Origin: a virus
Lineage: Duplodnaviria; Caudoviricetes
IMG/VR virus record: IMGVR_UViG_3300042567_001420
DNA: 64,000 bases
Reading direction: 5' to 3' (one strand)
The notes beneath the pieces were generated by a model. It searched no databases. It saw only the letters and a program-made list of their open reading frames with translations, and had not been told where the DNA came from. Shown one piece after another: positions 26,222 through 37,103 of the stretch; within the stretch, counting starts at the first letter, position 1, and every line of letters begins with the position of its first letter. Position numbers and translations under genes: made by a program.

Positions 26222-27925
26222 TTAGACATTTTCCAACCAATTTCTTTTCATTTTTTTCATCTCTGCTTCAGGGTCTTGATTCCACCATAAATCCGAGTCA
26301 ATAACTTCTGGCTGCGATTTTTCCGGTAGCCCGTCATTTACTATTCCAAACGGTGTAAGATTTTCCTCAATCTGTTTAAATTGATCTTCGTATAATACTT
26401 TTCTAAGATTTGTGTCTGTCAAATCTTTAAAGAATGGTTCGTTTGTTGCCCATGAGAATAAAACCAAACACATGACCAAATCGTCATGGTATCCTTCATC
26501 TGCTTTATGGGTTCCTCGAACTTCAATAAATGTAGATATTTCCTCAATAATTTCTGCATCATGTATTAATAGTTTCGTGGCTTCTACCAAACTCTTAAAT
26601 GACGTGCATCCTAATCGTTTAACTTGTTTCGTAGTTCTAACTCCAAGAGTCGCCCCATGGGTAAATCCACCGGACAAGTATTGTCCTGTTTTGCTATTAC
26701 TTCCCACAAAGAATACATTTTCGTATTCTAAATCCATATACAACGAATCTGCTACTTGCTGTCCGTTATCGTTAATCTCAACTAAACAGTAAGCTTTATT
26801 ATAATCTTTTGCTACTTTATATATTACATTGGGAAACATCAACGGACTGATTCTGTTACTTCTATACTTTGCAACCACTTTGTATGGATATGCGGTAATA
26901 TCTATAACTGCAAATGCTGAGTAATCTCCCCCAACGCCTCGCGATGTGTCCGCGACAAGCATATAGATATGATCTTGTCCTTCGTACGTTCCATCGTCTT
27001 TTTTGGTTGCTCTAATTGGTTCTTCTAAAACATCCAGTCCGTCTTTTGTATAAACGAATTGACGAGTAGACATCTGAGAAATTGTGTCGGGATTAATAAG
27101 AGTATTGGATGAACCTAAGAATCTGCATAAAACCTCTTGGTTAAACTTTAGTTCGCCAAGCATAGATTTTTGTTCTGCTGCCCATTTCTCATCTCTACCA
27201 GGAATTTTGCTATATGGAATGAACATTGGAACAAATCCATTCAATCCTTGTTCTGCCTCATTCCAGAATTTCCAGAAGTGGTTATATCCCAATGGTGTAG
27301 ATGTAAGAAGAATCTTTGTTGTTTGTCCCGCAGAAATTGTTGGGTAAACAGATGTGAAAAATTGTTCTGCAACATTATTTGGAATAATTGCTGCTTCGTC
27401 AATATACAACCAGTTTACAGATTTACCTCGAATACCAGATGAGCTTGTAGCTGACGTAAATACTTTAGATCCATTTTCAAGTTCAATATCACCCTTGTTG
27501 AATGTCTTGACACCTTGCTGCATCCACATAGGAAGCATCTCATACATTAGTTCGTATCGGGAAAGAACCTCTCGAGCTGCCGATGATTTATTTGCGAGAA
27601 TAGCAACGGTTTTGTTTTCTTGAAATAACGTATACCAAAGAATACATGCTGCAGCTGTGATGGTCTTTCCCTGTTGGCGACCTTCCATCAAAATAACTTT
27701 ACGGTTATTGAGTATTACGTGCACTTTTTCTTTTTGACAATCATATAATTTAAATGGTACAAGTCCGTAATCAAGAGAAACAATCTTACAGTAGTTCTCA
27801 ATAAAATAGATAGGATCCTGCATACAACGCATAAGTTCTTTAACTTGTTCTGCGCTGTAAGATTCAACAATTCCTATCGGTTTAAGATTTGGATTGCCGT
27901 TATATGATATTTGTTTATTGCTCAA
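26222..27925 (-). CDS. gp17: terminase large subunit
   Basis: YNGNPNLK, RQQGKT, YIDEAA, STPLG, HDDLVM. Confidence 0.98.
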   Translation of the reverse strand: MSNKQISYNGNPNLKPIGIVESYSAEQVKELMRCMQDPIYFIENYCKIVSLDYGLVPFKLYDCQKEKVHVILNNRKVILMEGRQQGKTITAAACILWYTLFQENKTVAILANKSSAAREVLSRYELMYEMLPMWMQQGVKTFNKGDIELENGSKVFTSATSSSGIRGKSVNWLYIDEAAIIPNNVAEQFFTSVYPTISAGQTTKILLTSTPLGYNHFWKFWNEAEQGLNGFVPMFIPYSKIPGRDEKWAAEQKSMLGELKFNQEVLCRFLGSSNTLINPDTISQMSTRQFVYTKDGLDVLEEPIRATKKDDGTYEGQDHIYMLVADTSRGVGGDYSAFAVIDITAYPYKVVAKYRSNRISPLMFPNVIYKVAKDYNKAYCLVEINDNGQQVADSLYMDLEYENVFFVGSNSKTGQYLSGGFTHGATLGVRTTKQVKRLGCTSFKSLVEATKLLIHDAEIIEEISTFIEVRGTHKADEGYHDDLVMCLVLFSWATNEPFFKDLTDTNLRKVLYEDQFKQIEENLTPFGIVNDGLPEKSQPEVIDSDLWWNQDPEAEMKKMKRNWLENV

Positions 27926-28337
27926 TTGTTTTGCCGTCGTCTTTGTTCTTTAGCATTTTAAATAACTCAGCGGTTGAACCTGCGAATACTACGTTATTAT
28001 TTGTAACATTCTTTGCAGATACAGAGTCGCCGTCTTTTAAATCTTTAACTTTTTTCTGTAATTCAATTAAATCTTTAGCAACATCTGATACGGTTTTTAT
28101 TAATTGGCCAGCAACCTCATATGTTCTGGGATGCTCAGAATTTTTAGCAAGTTCAATCATGTCATCCAAAGTATTTTCACTTTTATATATTAGATTGCGT
28201 AATGTACTTCTTGCCAATTGGTAATCATCTTCTTGATCTAAGTTTTTGCTTGTTTCTGGCGCAATTACAGGCAAATTTTCCGCAGGGGCCTGAGATTCAA
28301 TGTCAAAAATCTTATCAAGTTCTGGTATATGTTTCAT
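27915..28337 (-). CDS. gp16: terminase small subunit
   Basis: DYQLARSTL, EHPRTYEV, VFAGSTAEL. Confidence 0.93.
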   Translation of the reverse strand: MKHIPELDKIFDIESQAPAENLPVIAPETSKNLDQEDDYQLARSTLRNLIYKSENTLDDMIELAKNSEHPRTYEVAGQLIKTVSDVAKDLIELQKKVKDLKDGDSVSAKNVTNNNVVFAGSTAELFKMLKNKDDGKTIEQ

Positions 28338-29089
28338 TAAAAATCTTCAAAGGTTTCAATAAAGCCAATGTCATCTCCAGGTTTAGCTGTCAATGGATTT
28401 GGTTGTATAGTAATAGATGATTGCTTTTCAGTTAAATTTTCATTACTATAAGTGTTAGCAATAACTTTCTTAATAACACCCTGTCTACTAATTGGGCCAT
28501 AATAATTTAATTTCATTGTAAAATTTAATGTCCAAATGATAGACCGTCTATCTGAAAAATCGCCCTCATAGGTATCGTCGAAAGATATACTATTTAGTAG
28601 AATTGGTAAATCATTTTTAATACCCATCTGCGGTATTGTTTTCATCGTTAAATTATAATCAGGATTAAAGTATGGTATAATTTGTTCTATTATCTGTAAA
28701 CCATCATCTTGATTCTTAGCATATACGTATAATGCAACTTGTATATTATACGGAGTAGGTGCATACTGAGTATCTAAAGTATTAATTGTAGAATTAATTG
28801 CTCTATTTTGTTGAAGCGGACTTATTTTTCGATTAACATCATATTCCAACGACAACATCTCAAAAGACATTCTTGGCAATACTACTTGAACTGGCCGCTC
28901 ATCCACATTGGGTTGCTGTTGTATTCTAGTTAAGAACTTTGTTTTAGGCGCATATGATAACGGTATTCTTAATGTTTCCTCACTATTTCCATCCGCATCT
29001 TTACGATCAATGGTAATTGAATTAAACATATTACCAAAAGCAACAATTGCTTTTCTAGTTGTTCCCCAGTAAAATCTTTGATCTAACAT
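28337..29089 (-). CDS. gp15: tail sheath stabiliser/completion protein
   Basis: IVAFGNMFN, LPRMSFE, QIIEQIIPYFNP. Confidence 0.95.
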   Translation of the reverse strand: MLDQRFYWGTTRKAIVAFGNMFNSITIDRKDADGNSEETLRIPLSYAPKTKFLTRIQQQPNVDERPVQVVLPRMSFEMLSLEYDVNRKISPLQQNRAINSTINTLDTQYAPTPYNIQVALYVYAKNQDDGLQIIEQIIPYFNPDYNLTMKTIPQMGIKNDLPILLNSISFDDTYEGDFSDRRSIIWTLNFTMKLNYYGPISRQGVIKKVIANTYSNENLTEKQSSITIQPNPLTAKPGDDIGFIETFEDF

Positions 29090-29838
29090 TATTTAAATAC
29101 CTCACCAAATGGATTTCTTTCTGTGAAATCTAATATGTCAGTAATGCCGGTATCAAAGTCGTCGTTTCTAGCGCCAGCATCAACTGTTGTTATTTTGTAA
29201 CTTTCTAGAATCATCGGTGTTTCTGTGTTAAATTCTAATAATAATGACCCGTCTGATTCTATCAATAATTCAAAGTTGTTGAGATTTTGATCTATCGAAT
29301 CTGCATAAGTATCAATCTCATCAATACCCGTATTAAAGTTCTCGCTAGAGAATTGCATTAGCTCACATTGCATTCTAAATATGTAGAGTTTGCCAAGCTG
29401 ATAGAATGGGGTATCACCTTCTACTTTGCGTATTTCAAAATAGGATTTTGTTAGTGGAAAATATAATACGTCACCTTCAGCGGGTCTGTTAGCCAAAACT
29501 GTTTGACCTTTACTGCCAACTTCTTTATCCCATCTACGTCTGGATACTACAAAGGATGCGCTGTCGCGAAGTTCGACTCCAAATCTTGTTAGCAGGTCTC
29601 CCTCACCTTCAAACCCATTTGTGTTTTCCAAATACATCTCAATTGGATACGCATTCTCATAATAGTTTAACGGATCCTCAACCAAAATACGATCCTCATT
29701 AAAAGATGTTCTTGGGATATAATAGACTTCGAAACCATAGATTTGTAGGCATTCGATTATTAGATCTTCGTAGAGATTCTGCTCCGAGGCTCTGCCCATC
29801 GGAATGCCAGATTGAAAATAATGGTTAACTGTTGCCAT
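29089..29838 (-). CDS. gp14: neck protein
   Basis: EQNLYEDL, YPIEMY, GDLLTRFG, NPFGE. Confidence 0.95.
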   Translation of the reverse strand: MATVNHYFQSGIPMGRASEQNLYEDLIIECLQIYGFEVYYIPRTSFNEDRILVEDPLNYYENAYPIEMYLENTNGFEGEGDLLTRFGVELRDSASFVVSRRRWDKEVGSKGQTVLANRPAEGDVLYFPLTKSYFEIRKVEGDTPFYQLGKLYIFRMQCELMQFSSENFNTGIDEIDTYADSIDQNLNNFELLIESDGSLLLEFNTETPMILESYKITTVDAGARNDDFDTGITDILDFTERNPFGEVFK

Positions 29839-29902
29839 AATTCTATAGACTTCTATTGACTTCGGTGTTAGTATATGCTATGAGGTTAGGTGATATTAAG
29901 TA

Positions 29903-30646
29903 TCAGCCTGTAAAGAAATCTACTGGTAGTTCAAATCTAGATTGTATTTCAGCTTCAATTTTTAGCAATTCATCCTCTGCTTCATCATATATTTTACCAC
30001 CATTTAAAACAACTCCTCCAGGAAGTTGCACTCCGTCAAATTTTTTCATATTTGTTCCCCATTGCCGCTTAATTAAAGCTGTCGCATATCTTTTCAAGAA
30101 CATATCGTTGTAAACATCCGTGTATGTGTCCGGATCTAATATTCTCCAGGCTTCAACAACGATATTACTTCCTACATCAACATCCGCTGCCCAGTCCATA
30201 TCTATGTATAGACGATTCATATGGCGATTGAATCTAACAGGCTTTACGCCTACTAATGTTTGATTAATCAATTCTAATTGTTGTCTAACTTGCGTGTAAT
30301 AAATTAAATCAGTAGACATTAAAGAATACAGATCATTAATTAAAATTTGATACCTAATGTCGAAAATATTTATCCCCGTAGATTTATTACTAAAAGGCAA
30401 AACTCGTTCGACTCCAACAACCGCATCGGGAATAGGTATGTACAAATTAGTTAGGTCTTGTTCGGTTATCAAATGCTTTAGGTAAACTTTTTCTACAGCA
30501 TCATAATGATACTCTCTGTAGAATTGAAATGCATCATCAATACGATCTTCAAGCTGATCTTCATCTACATTGATTTCAATAACAGGAGCACCTAGTCGGC
30601 GTAGGCAATATTCCTTCAATTGTTCTCTAGATGTTATTGACGCCAT
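29903..30646 (-). CDS. gp13: neck protein
   Basis: YCLRRLGAPVIEINV, QWGTNMKKFDGVQLPGGV. Confidence 0.96.
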   Translation of the reverse strand: MASITSREQLKEYCLRRLGAPVIEINVDEDQLEDRIDDAFQFYREYHYDAVEKVYLKHLITEQDLTNLYIPIPDAVVGVERVLPFSNKSTGINIFDIRYQILINDLYSLMSTDLIYYTQVRQQLELINQTLVGVKPVRFNRHMNRLYIDMDWAADVDVGSNIVVEAWRILDPDTYTDVYNDMFLKRYATALIKRQWGTNMKKFDGVQLPGGVVLNGGKIYDEAEDELLKIEAEIQSRFELPVDFFTG

Positions 30647-30671
30647 GTGATATCCTTTATATTTATTTTTA

Positions 30672-32273
30672 TTATGTATTTATTGTAATATTATTCATTA
30701 CAACACCAGGAGTAACATTAAAATTTGTTGCAGCGTTAAACGGTTGAAACGCATAAGAATTTCGGCTACCGTGTAGGGTGTACAGTACACTATAATCGTC
30801 AGTTAATCCAGTATCAAACAAAACATTGGATGCGCTATCATTAACTATCCTATCTTTGATTTGTGCTGGAGTATACGATGGGTATGCCTGTAACAATTGC
30901 GCACACATACCTGCAACTTGAGGTGAGGCCATTGAAGTTCCAGATAAAGTTCCTATCAAAAAAGAATTGTTATTAGGATACTGCGTATTACAACTAAATG
31001 CATTTGTAGTTGACATTGTACTTATAATAAATGTGCCAGGAGCATAAATATCGACTCTTGGGCCAGACTCACTGGATGCTGCCTTTTGTTCGGCAAATCC
31101 TATGGAAGGATCTCCTATCCATATATTTCCCACAGTAATTACACCTGAAGCTGCGGTTGGGCTACCGCCTTGCATATAATAAACCTGCCCATATACGCTG
31201 CTATTATAGTAATTATTAAAATTTATTCCAGTAGGAGTATCTATTGTTTGATAATTATTTCCAGCAGCGCCACATATAACAATGCCAGCTGCTATCATTT
31301 CGCTAATGTCTATATCTACAGAACTTATTCTAACACCGTGAGTATTGGTGTCGCTTCCAATCATACCGTACGCAGCTTGTTTGGTTGTTCCAGTCCACGC
31401 ATTGCCTTGATAATTTCCGCCAGTTATATTTTGAAATGTAGCGGTATACCCCCAACTCATATTGACAACGGTAGGGCGTTTAAATCCTGTTGTAGGATCT
31501 ATTGGTTTGTTATTGTGCCAACCTTTAATTACGTCAAACACATCACTAATAGGCATGCCCTGTGAATTTGCACCGTTTAATCCGTCAACTGTAATAGAAT
31601 AAATGTTGGAGTTTTTTGCTCTGCCATAAGTTTTTCCAGCAGCAATTCCTGCAACATGAGTTCCGTGTCCGTCGGTATCAATATAGAAAAGATTGTCAGC
31701 TGGTTGTGTGCCAGGTAATCCACTAGCAGAATACCAATTTATTTTTTGAACTCTGGTTTCTCCTTTGGAATTTTCAAATTCTGGATGATCGCATTGTAAT
31801 CCTCCATCTTGAATTACTATATCGACGCCTGTTCCATCTAACGGATAGTTATACAATAAATTTCCAGATGCTCCTATGGTATTATTTGTATTGCTGTTTA
31901 GTCTGAATAATCCCCAATTCACACCCAATGCATTGTTGGGATTTCTGCCTGTATTTGGAAATTTATAATAAATCCCAGATTGGCTTGCAAAAGATTTAAT
32001 TTTAATATCTGTTCGCTGATCTGCGGGAATTTCAACACATTGTACTCTGGAATCTTGTCTTAATGCAATCGCCTCTAAGTCAGTTAATGCGTAATGGCAA
32101 CACCGTGTACTTAAAGGTCTCTCATTAATAATTTCTACTGGGCGACTTGGAACATATTCAGTTTCGAGAATTTCATTTTCATTTTCAATTTCATACCAAA
32201 AAGTATTATAATCTACGTTCTCTTTCAACCCCACAATATATTCTTTAAATTCTGTCTGCATCATGTATACCAC
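30672..32273 (-). CDS. subtilisin-like S8 serine protease
   Basis: Catalytic triad motifs DIVIQDGG, HGTHVAG, GTSMASP; oxyanion AAGN; propeptide-like N-terminus. Confidence 0.92.
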   Translation of the reverse strand: MVYMMQTEFKEYIVGLKENVDYNTFWYEIENENEILETEYVPSRPVEIINERPLSTRCCHYALTDLEAIALRQDSRVQCVEIPADQRTDIKIKSFASQSGIYYKFPNTGRNPNNALGVNWGLFRLNSNTNNTIGASGNLLYNYPLDGTGVDIVIQDGGLQCDHPEFENSKGETRVQKINWYSASGLPGTQPADNLFYIDTDGHGTHVAGIAAGKTYGRAKNSNIYSITVDGLNGANSQGMPISDVFDVIKGWHNNKPIDPTTGFKRPTVVNMSWGYTATFQNITGGNYQGNAWTGTTKQAAYGMIGSDTNTHGVRISSVDIDISEMIAAGIVICGAAGNNYQTIDTPTGINFNNYYNSSVYGQVYYMQGGSPTAASGVITVGNIWIGDPSIGFAEQKAASSESGPRVDIYAPGTFIISTMSTTNAFSCNTQYPNNNSFLIGTLSGTSMASPQVAGMCAQLLQAYPSYTPAQIKDRIVNDSASNVLFDTGLTDDYSVLYTLHGSRNSYAFQPFNAATNFNVTPGVVMNNITINT

Positions 32274-33370
32274 TGTGTGTAACTTGCAGAAATTAAACGC
32301 AGAGTATTGCTGTTACTTGTTAGTACATATGCGGTATTGGCAGATGCCCCATCGATTTGTGCATTTAATTGTGGGTATACTGATATATCATTGCCAGTTG
32401 CATTTTTAATAAAAATTACAATGCCAGGATTCACATTTGGCAAAATAACACCAGATCCATTTATACCGGTATTTACAATGTTAATTGTATTACCTAATAG
32501 TGTAGCAGAATTTTGCGTAGTCCCAGCTGCAGAAATATTAGTTTGTATTGAATTTATTAAATAATTTCTTGTGAGTAAATTTGAACTTGTTATATCACCA
32601 ATTGCTGTTAAAGTTCCACTGCCTAATATCCTAACAGCAATGGTAGGTATTAAATCTAAATTGGTTACTGAAGATATAGCGGGAGTGCCTGCCCCCGATC
32701 CTACAAAATTTGAAGCAGTTATATTTCCCGACGCAACGATATTATTGCCGGTTAACGTTCCTGCTATTGTTAATGCGGTTAAAGTGCCAACACTAATAAT
32801 ATTTGTTTGTATGGGATTTGTTACAATATTTGATGCAGGTACTGTCCCTACAACATTTGATCCAATTATACCAGTTAAGAATGATCCGTTACCTGTAAAA
32901 TAATCAGCTTTAATATTTGTTGTATTATTTGGCAATAAACTTATGACATTTGCATATACTCTTGCATTCGTAAAATATAAGTTAGTACCTTCAGATATAT
33001 CCGAAGTATTTTTACCATTTATTAAAATTGATCCGGTTGCTATTCCAGAAACTCCGGGATATACAGTTATAATTCCTTCAACGATTCGTATAACGGTGTT
33101 TCCTTGCAAGGCTTCAACATCGTAAACATATCTTCCATGCGGTAAATTTGAAGTCTGAGTTGCCGACAACGATAATGATATGTTTCCATATGCCGCATTT
33201 ATAACAGTTGCTGCAATTGAGGCGGAGTTTGCGCTTTTATAAGATTTGCGTAATTGGCTTCTAACAGTATATCCTGTTAAATCTACAGGAATTTTACTAT
33301 TTGTAACGTATTGTAGATTGGCAGTAAATGTACTACCTTGGTCTATTACTAAATTTTTAGTTATTGCCAT
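32261..33370 (-). CDS. virion structural/fibre-associated protein (BppU-like N-terminus)
   Basis: IDQGSTF...GRYVYDVE...RIVEGIITV N-terminal domain; ISEGTNLYFT motif. Confidence 0.65.
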   Translation of the reverse strand: MAITKNLVIDQGSTFTANLQYVTNSKIPVDLTGYTVRSQLRKSYKSANSASIAATVINAAYGNISLSLSATQTSNLPHGRYVYDVEALQGNTVIRIVEGIITVYPGVSGIATGSILINGKNTSDISEGTNLYFTNARVYANVISLLPNNTTNIKADYFTGNGSFLTGIIGSNVVGTVPASNIVTNPIQTNIISVGTLTALTIAGTLTGNNIVASGNITASNFVGSGAGTPAISSVTNLDLIPTIAVRILGSGTLTAIGDITSSNLLTRNYLINSIQTNISAAGTTQNSATLLGNTINIVNTGINGSGVILPNVNPGIVIFIKNATGNDISVYPQLNAQIDGASANTAYVLTSNSNTLRLISASYTQWYT

Positions 33371-33373
33371 TTA

Positions 33374-36300
33374 TTATCCGCAATGGTATGAGCAAACAAT
33401 TTGCTTAACTTCTGTGGGTGATGAGAATGTAACATTTTCTCTTGCCTTTGCTACAGTATAATTATGTAATAAATCATCATCTTGTTTCATACCTTTACCT
33501 GGCATTGATGATGTTGTAATAAAATCTCCTATTTCAATATCACCATTTTCTCCGCATACATTAACTAAGCCTTCGCCTATGCTATTGATGTATACAAATT
33601 TATGCGTATCTATTATAGATTGATAAATTGGATTTAATCTTTCATCCTTTACAATAGTAGGTGCAACTTCAATGTTAGCGGTATCTCCTATCGAAATATT
33701 CTCTATAATTTTTTCATATTCTTCAGCTAATGTATATGGGATATATTTCTCATATGTATATTCTCGCATAATGCCAAATACTGATTTTTGATTTATTTGT
33801 GTTGATTTTGTAACAATACCTACAGCATCACTTATATTTTTTGAAGCAACTATACTTACATCAACTAAAATATCTCCTATCTCTACAGCTTCATTTAGTT
33901 CTATAAGTCCGTCGTGCGATCCTGTAAATGATACAACTATGCCTGCTCCTGTAACTATAGTACCTCTAACTACTTTTATAGCATTACCCGTTGCTTCTGC
34001 AAGCCTTACTGCTGCAACCTGAGTTCCATTGAAATCGTTTTGAACTGCAGAAACTGCAACATCCCCATAGTTTCCAAGGAATGCTGAACTGTTTACTGAT
34101 CCGTTAGGATTATAAGCACCAAAAACACCCGCATTGACTGTCCCACCTATGAAACCGTGCGTGTTAAAATTTTGGGGGCCAGCAGAATACGAACCGTAAC
34201 GCATATTATAGAATGCCCCTGCCGTACCGGATCCTCTATTCGCCATGACCAGCCCAGGTTCGGTTGTTGCGCTTGCAGCAATTACCCCAAATTTACCGGC
34301 TGAAGTTACTTCAAATGCACCAACTGCACCAAAACCTGCAACATTTGTTCCTGCGCCAAAGCCAAATGTACCTGATCCTGCAATCGCTGCAGAACTTGCT
34401 GTAATTTTATCTGCAGTAATTGCACCTGCTTGAATTTTGTCTGCAGTAATTGCACCTACTGCTATCTTGCCTGCAGTAATTTGTAATGCATCAATTTTAT
34501 CTGTAGTAATTGCGCCAGTTGCAATTTTATCTGCAATCACTGTTCCGTTTACCAGTATCGACCCATTAAATTGAGCTACAACAGATGTCCATGCCGATCC
34601 CGTATATACTTTGGTTTCTGAATAATTTCCTGAATGTAAAGTAACCTCATCTGTTCTAATAGGCGATCCTCCTCCTGCAACTGCTATTGCGTTATTTGCA
34701 ATAACATCGCTCCATGAACTGGCTGCTGCAGATGTTCTAATACTTCCTCTTGTACCAGGTGCACCATTTGTGCCATTTGTTCCAGGATTTCCCTGTGGGC
34801 CTTGTTTTGCCTTAGATAATTTATATATTCTTGTTAAATTAGAATATCCTGATCTTGATCCAACAATAGTTACTGTTGCGGTATCTGCAGACATTGCAGT
34901 AACTGTTATTGTTCTATTGCCGACTCCTGACCGTGTAATGGTACACCCACTTGCAGTAGACGCAAATGTCCAATTATTAGTATCTTCTACTAATCCTAGA
35001 TATACCGCTGCTGTAGTATTAACTCCCGAGAAAGAAGCAACTGTACCTGAACTATCTGCAGGTAAAGTTCTATTTTCATCGGTTAAATACATTAACGGAG
35101 TAGTACTACCGTCATATACTTTATATAAACTAACAACATCTTCGAACGTTGTTGATCCGTCAACAATTGACGCAGTAATTGTTACTGAGTCAGACAACAT
35201 ATTTGCAAATGTTAATTTTCTAGCATTGGCAGTGGCGCCAGCTGTCAAAGCAGCTGTTCCAGCTGTAACAGCGAATGTAACCGTACCTGACAATCCAGTT
35301 AAGTCTGCAGTTAATGTTATTTCTGGAGTATTAGTAAATGTACCAGTTCCACTCACTCCAAACCCTGGATGATCATTTCTCAAAGTTAAGAATTGTGCTG
35401 TAGCATTGGATGCAAGAGCTTCAAGAGTTGTTGTGCCACCTCCTACAATTGCTACTGGTATATTCCCAGAAATAAATCCCGCAGAAACTAAAATATTCCC
35501 ATTAGCGTCTCTAATAGTTAATCCTCTAGAATCAATTTTATCCGCAGTTATTGCATTGGCCGCGACTGATACCGCTGTAATTGCATTTGCTGCAATTTGA
35601 TTTGCTGTAATGCAATTTGCGACCAAGTGATATGTAAACACAGAATTTGCTGCAATTTCTACAGCAGTAACCGCATTTGCTGCAATTTGATTTGCCGTAA
35701 TACAATTTGCCTGAATTGCGTCTGCATAAACAGAATTTGCTGCCAATTGAACTGCTGTAATTGCATTAGCAGCAATTTGAGCAGCCGTGATAGAATTTGT
35801 TTGGATTGCATTTGCATAAACGGCATTGGCTGCCAATTGAACTGCTGTAATGGAATTTGCTGCAATTTTATTTGCTGTAATTACGTTTGCCTGTAATGCC
35901 TCAGCATATATAGAATTTGCTGCAATTTGAGTTGCGGTAATTGCATTTGCTGCAATTTCTACTGCGGTAATTACTCCTGCGCCAATTTTACCCGCAATAA
36001 TTGCATTAGATGCAATTAAACTTGCAGTTATTGCGTTTGCCTGAATTTCTGCGGCACTAATAGCAGCCGCGCCAATTTTTCCAGCAGTAATAGCTCCAGC
36101 TACAATCATTGACGATGTTATAATATTTGCACTTAAAACAACATTGCCTGTGCCAGCAATGTAAGTATCATATGAATTCCATCCACCACTTATAAAGATG
36201 TATAATTTGTTGTTATAAAATCCTTGGCGACCTTCAAAATCTCTACCATCTCCTGGTCCGGTAGCTAGAGAAAAAGTTGTGAATATTTCAACACCGCTAA

Positions 36301-36880
36301 TAGAATTAGCAGTAGGGGTAAAGGCCGCGCCAGGACTTATCCAAGAGTTCCCTCCCCAAATATACAACCCACCATCTGTAACATTATATACCGCTTGACC
36401 ATTTGCAGTACCATTTGCGGTTAAATTAGATACCAACCCCACAGCAACATTTGATGCTGTAGCGTTCGATGTTAATGTATTAAATGCGTTTGTAAAATTA
36501 GATAAAGATGTATAATTAACAGTTGCCAAAGCATTATTAAGTGCTCCCAAATTAACCGGCGCAACATTAGCTAATGCATTTGCAAGAGCTCCTAAATTTG
36601 TAGGGCCAATATTTGCTAATTTGCTTGAAAGAATTGCCAAATTAGTTGTTGAAATATTTGGCCAGCCTTCAAAGTCGCCTCCGCCATAAAAATTAGTAAC
36701 GTTTGTTACATTACCCCCTCCGCCGCCACCTAAACCATTATAATATGCTAAATTGGCATACGCATATACGTTTGCAAAATTTTGATTTACTTTTACAAAC
36801 GCGGTCCGTAGAGGATCACCTTGCCCGTCATTTGCAACGGTGCCTATATTTACGTTACTTACAGAATATGTGTTTGACAT
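33374..36880 (-). CDS. long tail fibre with 10-aa repeats and a C-terminal chaperone-like domain
   Basis: NIGTVANDGQGDPLRTAF attachment N-terminus; ITAxxIAAN repeats; collagen-like GPQGNPGTNG; C-terminal FTGSH...GEGLVNVCGENGDI. Confidence 0.8.
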   Translation of the reverse strand: MSNTYSVSNVNIGTVANDGQGDPLRTAFVKVNQNFANVYAYANLAYYNGLGGGGGGNVTNVTNFYGGGDFEGWPNISTTNLAILSSKLANIGPTNLGALANALANVAPVNLGALNNALATVNYTSLSNFTNAFNTLTSNATASNVAVGLVSNLTANGTANGQAVYNVTDGGLYIWGGNSWISPGAAFTPTANSISGVEIFTTFSLATGPGDGRDFEGRQGFYNNKLYIFISGGWNSYDTYIAGTGNVVLSANIITSSMIVAGAITAGKIGAAAISAAEIQANAITASLIASNAIIAGKIGAGVITAVEIAANAITATQIAANSIYAEALQANVITANKIAANSITAVQLAANAVYANAIQTNSITAAQIAANAITAVQLAANSVYADAIQANCITANQIAANAVTAVEIAANSVFTYHLVANCITANQIAANAITAVSVAANAITADKIDSRGLTIRDANGNILVSAGFISGNIPVAIVGGGTTTLEALASNATAQFLTLRNDHPGFGVSGTGTFTNTPEITLTADLTGLSGTVTFAVTAGTAALTAGATANARKLTFANMLSDSVTITASIVDGSTTFEDVVSLYKVYDGSTTPLMYLTDENRTLPADSSGTVASFSGVNTTAAVYLGLVEDTNNWTFASTASGCTITRSGVGNRTITVTAMSADTATVTIVGSRSGYSNLTRIYKLSKAKQGPQGNPGTNGTNGAPGTRGSIRTSAAASSWSDVIANNAIAVAGGGSPIRTDEVTLHSGNYSETKVYTGSAWTSVVAQFNGSILVNGTVIADKIATGAITTDKIDALQITAGKIAVGAITADKIQAGAITADKITASSAAIAGSGTFGFGAGTNVAGFGAVGAFEVTSAGKFGVIAASATTEPGLVMANRGSGTAGAFYNMRYGSYSAGPQNFNTHGFIGGTVNAGVFGAYNPNGSVNSSAFLGNYGDVAVSAVQNDFNGTQVAAVRLAEATGNAIKVVRGTIVTGAGIVVSFTGSHDGLIELNEAVEIGDILVDVSIVASKNISDAVGIVTKSTQINQKSVFGIMREYTYEKYIPYTLAEEYEKIIENISIGDTANIEVAPTIVKDERLNPIYQSIIDTHKFVYINSIGEGLVNVCGENGDIEIGDFITTSSMPGKGMKQDDDLLHNYTVAKARENVTFSSPTEVKQIVCSYHCG
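35520..36130 (-). repeat. degenerate 30-bp (10-aa) tandem coding repeat
   Basis: About 20 copies of (I/V)TA(xx)(I/L)AAN(A/S); a shorter run (ITADKI.AGA) at about 34380-34540. Confidence 0.85.
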
Positions 36881-37102
36881 TTATTTTCCCGACTGAGAAT
36901 TATTTACCAATTGTTGAAGCAATGATTTTATCTCGTTAATTTCCGATTTCATATTATTTATTTCATCTGAGATGTGTATCATTTTGGTAGTTGTTTCTTT
37001 TTTATTTCTATACTCTTTTAACCCAGCAATATCTTGATTAATTAATGCAAGATTTTCTATGTTTTTTACAAAACTGTTTTCATTTTCTAATTTTACAAAC
37101 AT
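36881..37102 (-). CDS. small coiled-coil protein
   Basis: 73 aa, EINNMKSEINEIKSLL; usual position after DUF4815-type genes. Confidence 0.65.
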   Translation of the reverse strand: MFVKLENENSFVKNIENLALINQDIAGLKEYRNKKETTTKMIHISDEINNMKSEINEIKSLLQQLVNNSQSGK

Positions 37103-37103
37103 T

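Noticed and set aside
13397-27925. Introns, inteins or homing endonucleases in uvsW, gp20, gp23 and gp17
   Set aside because: The proteins are of ordinary length and continuous, with no LAGLIDADG, HNH, GIY-YIG or intein motifs seen
35520-36130. Regular 30-bp periodicity suggesting a CRISPR array
   Set aside because: The units are in-frame degenerate coding repeats in the fibre gene, with no identical repeat plus unique spacer pattern
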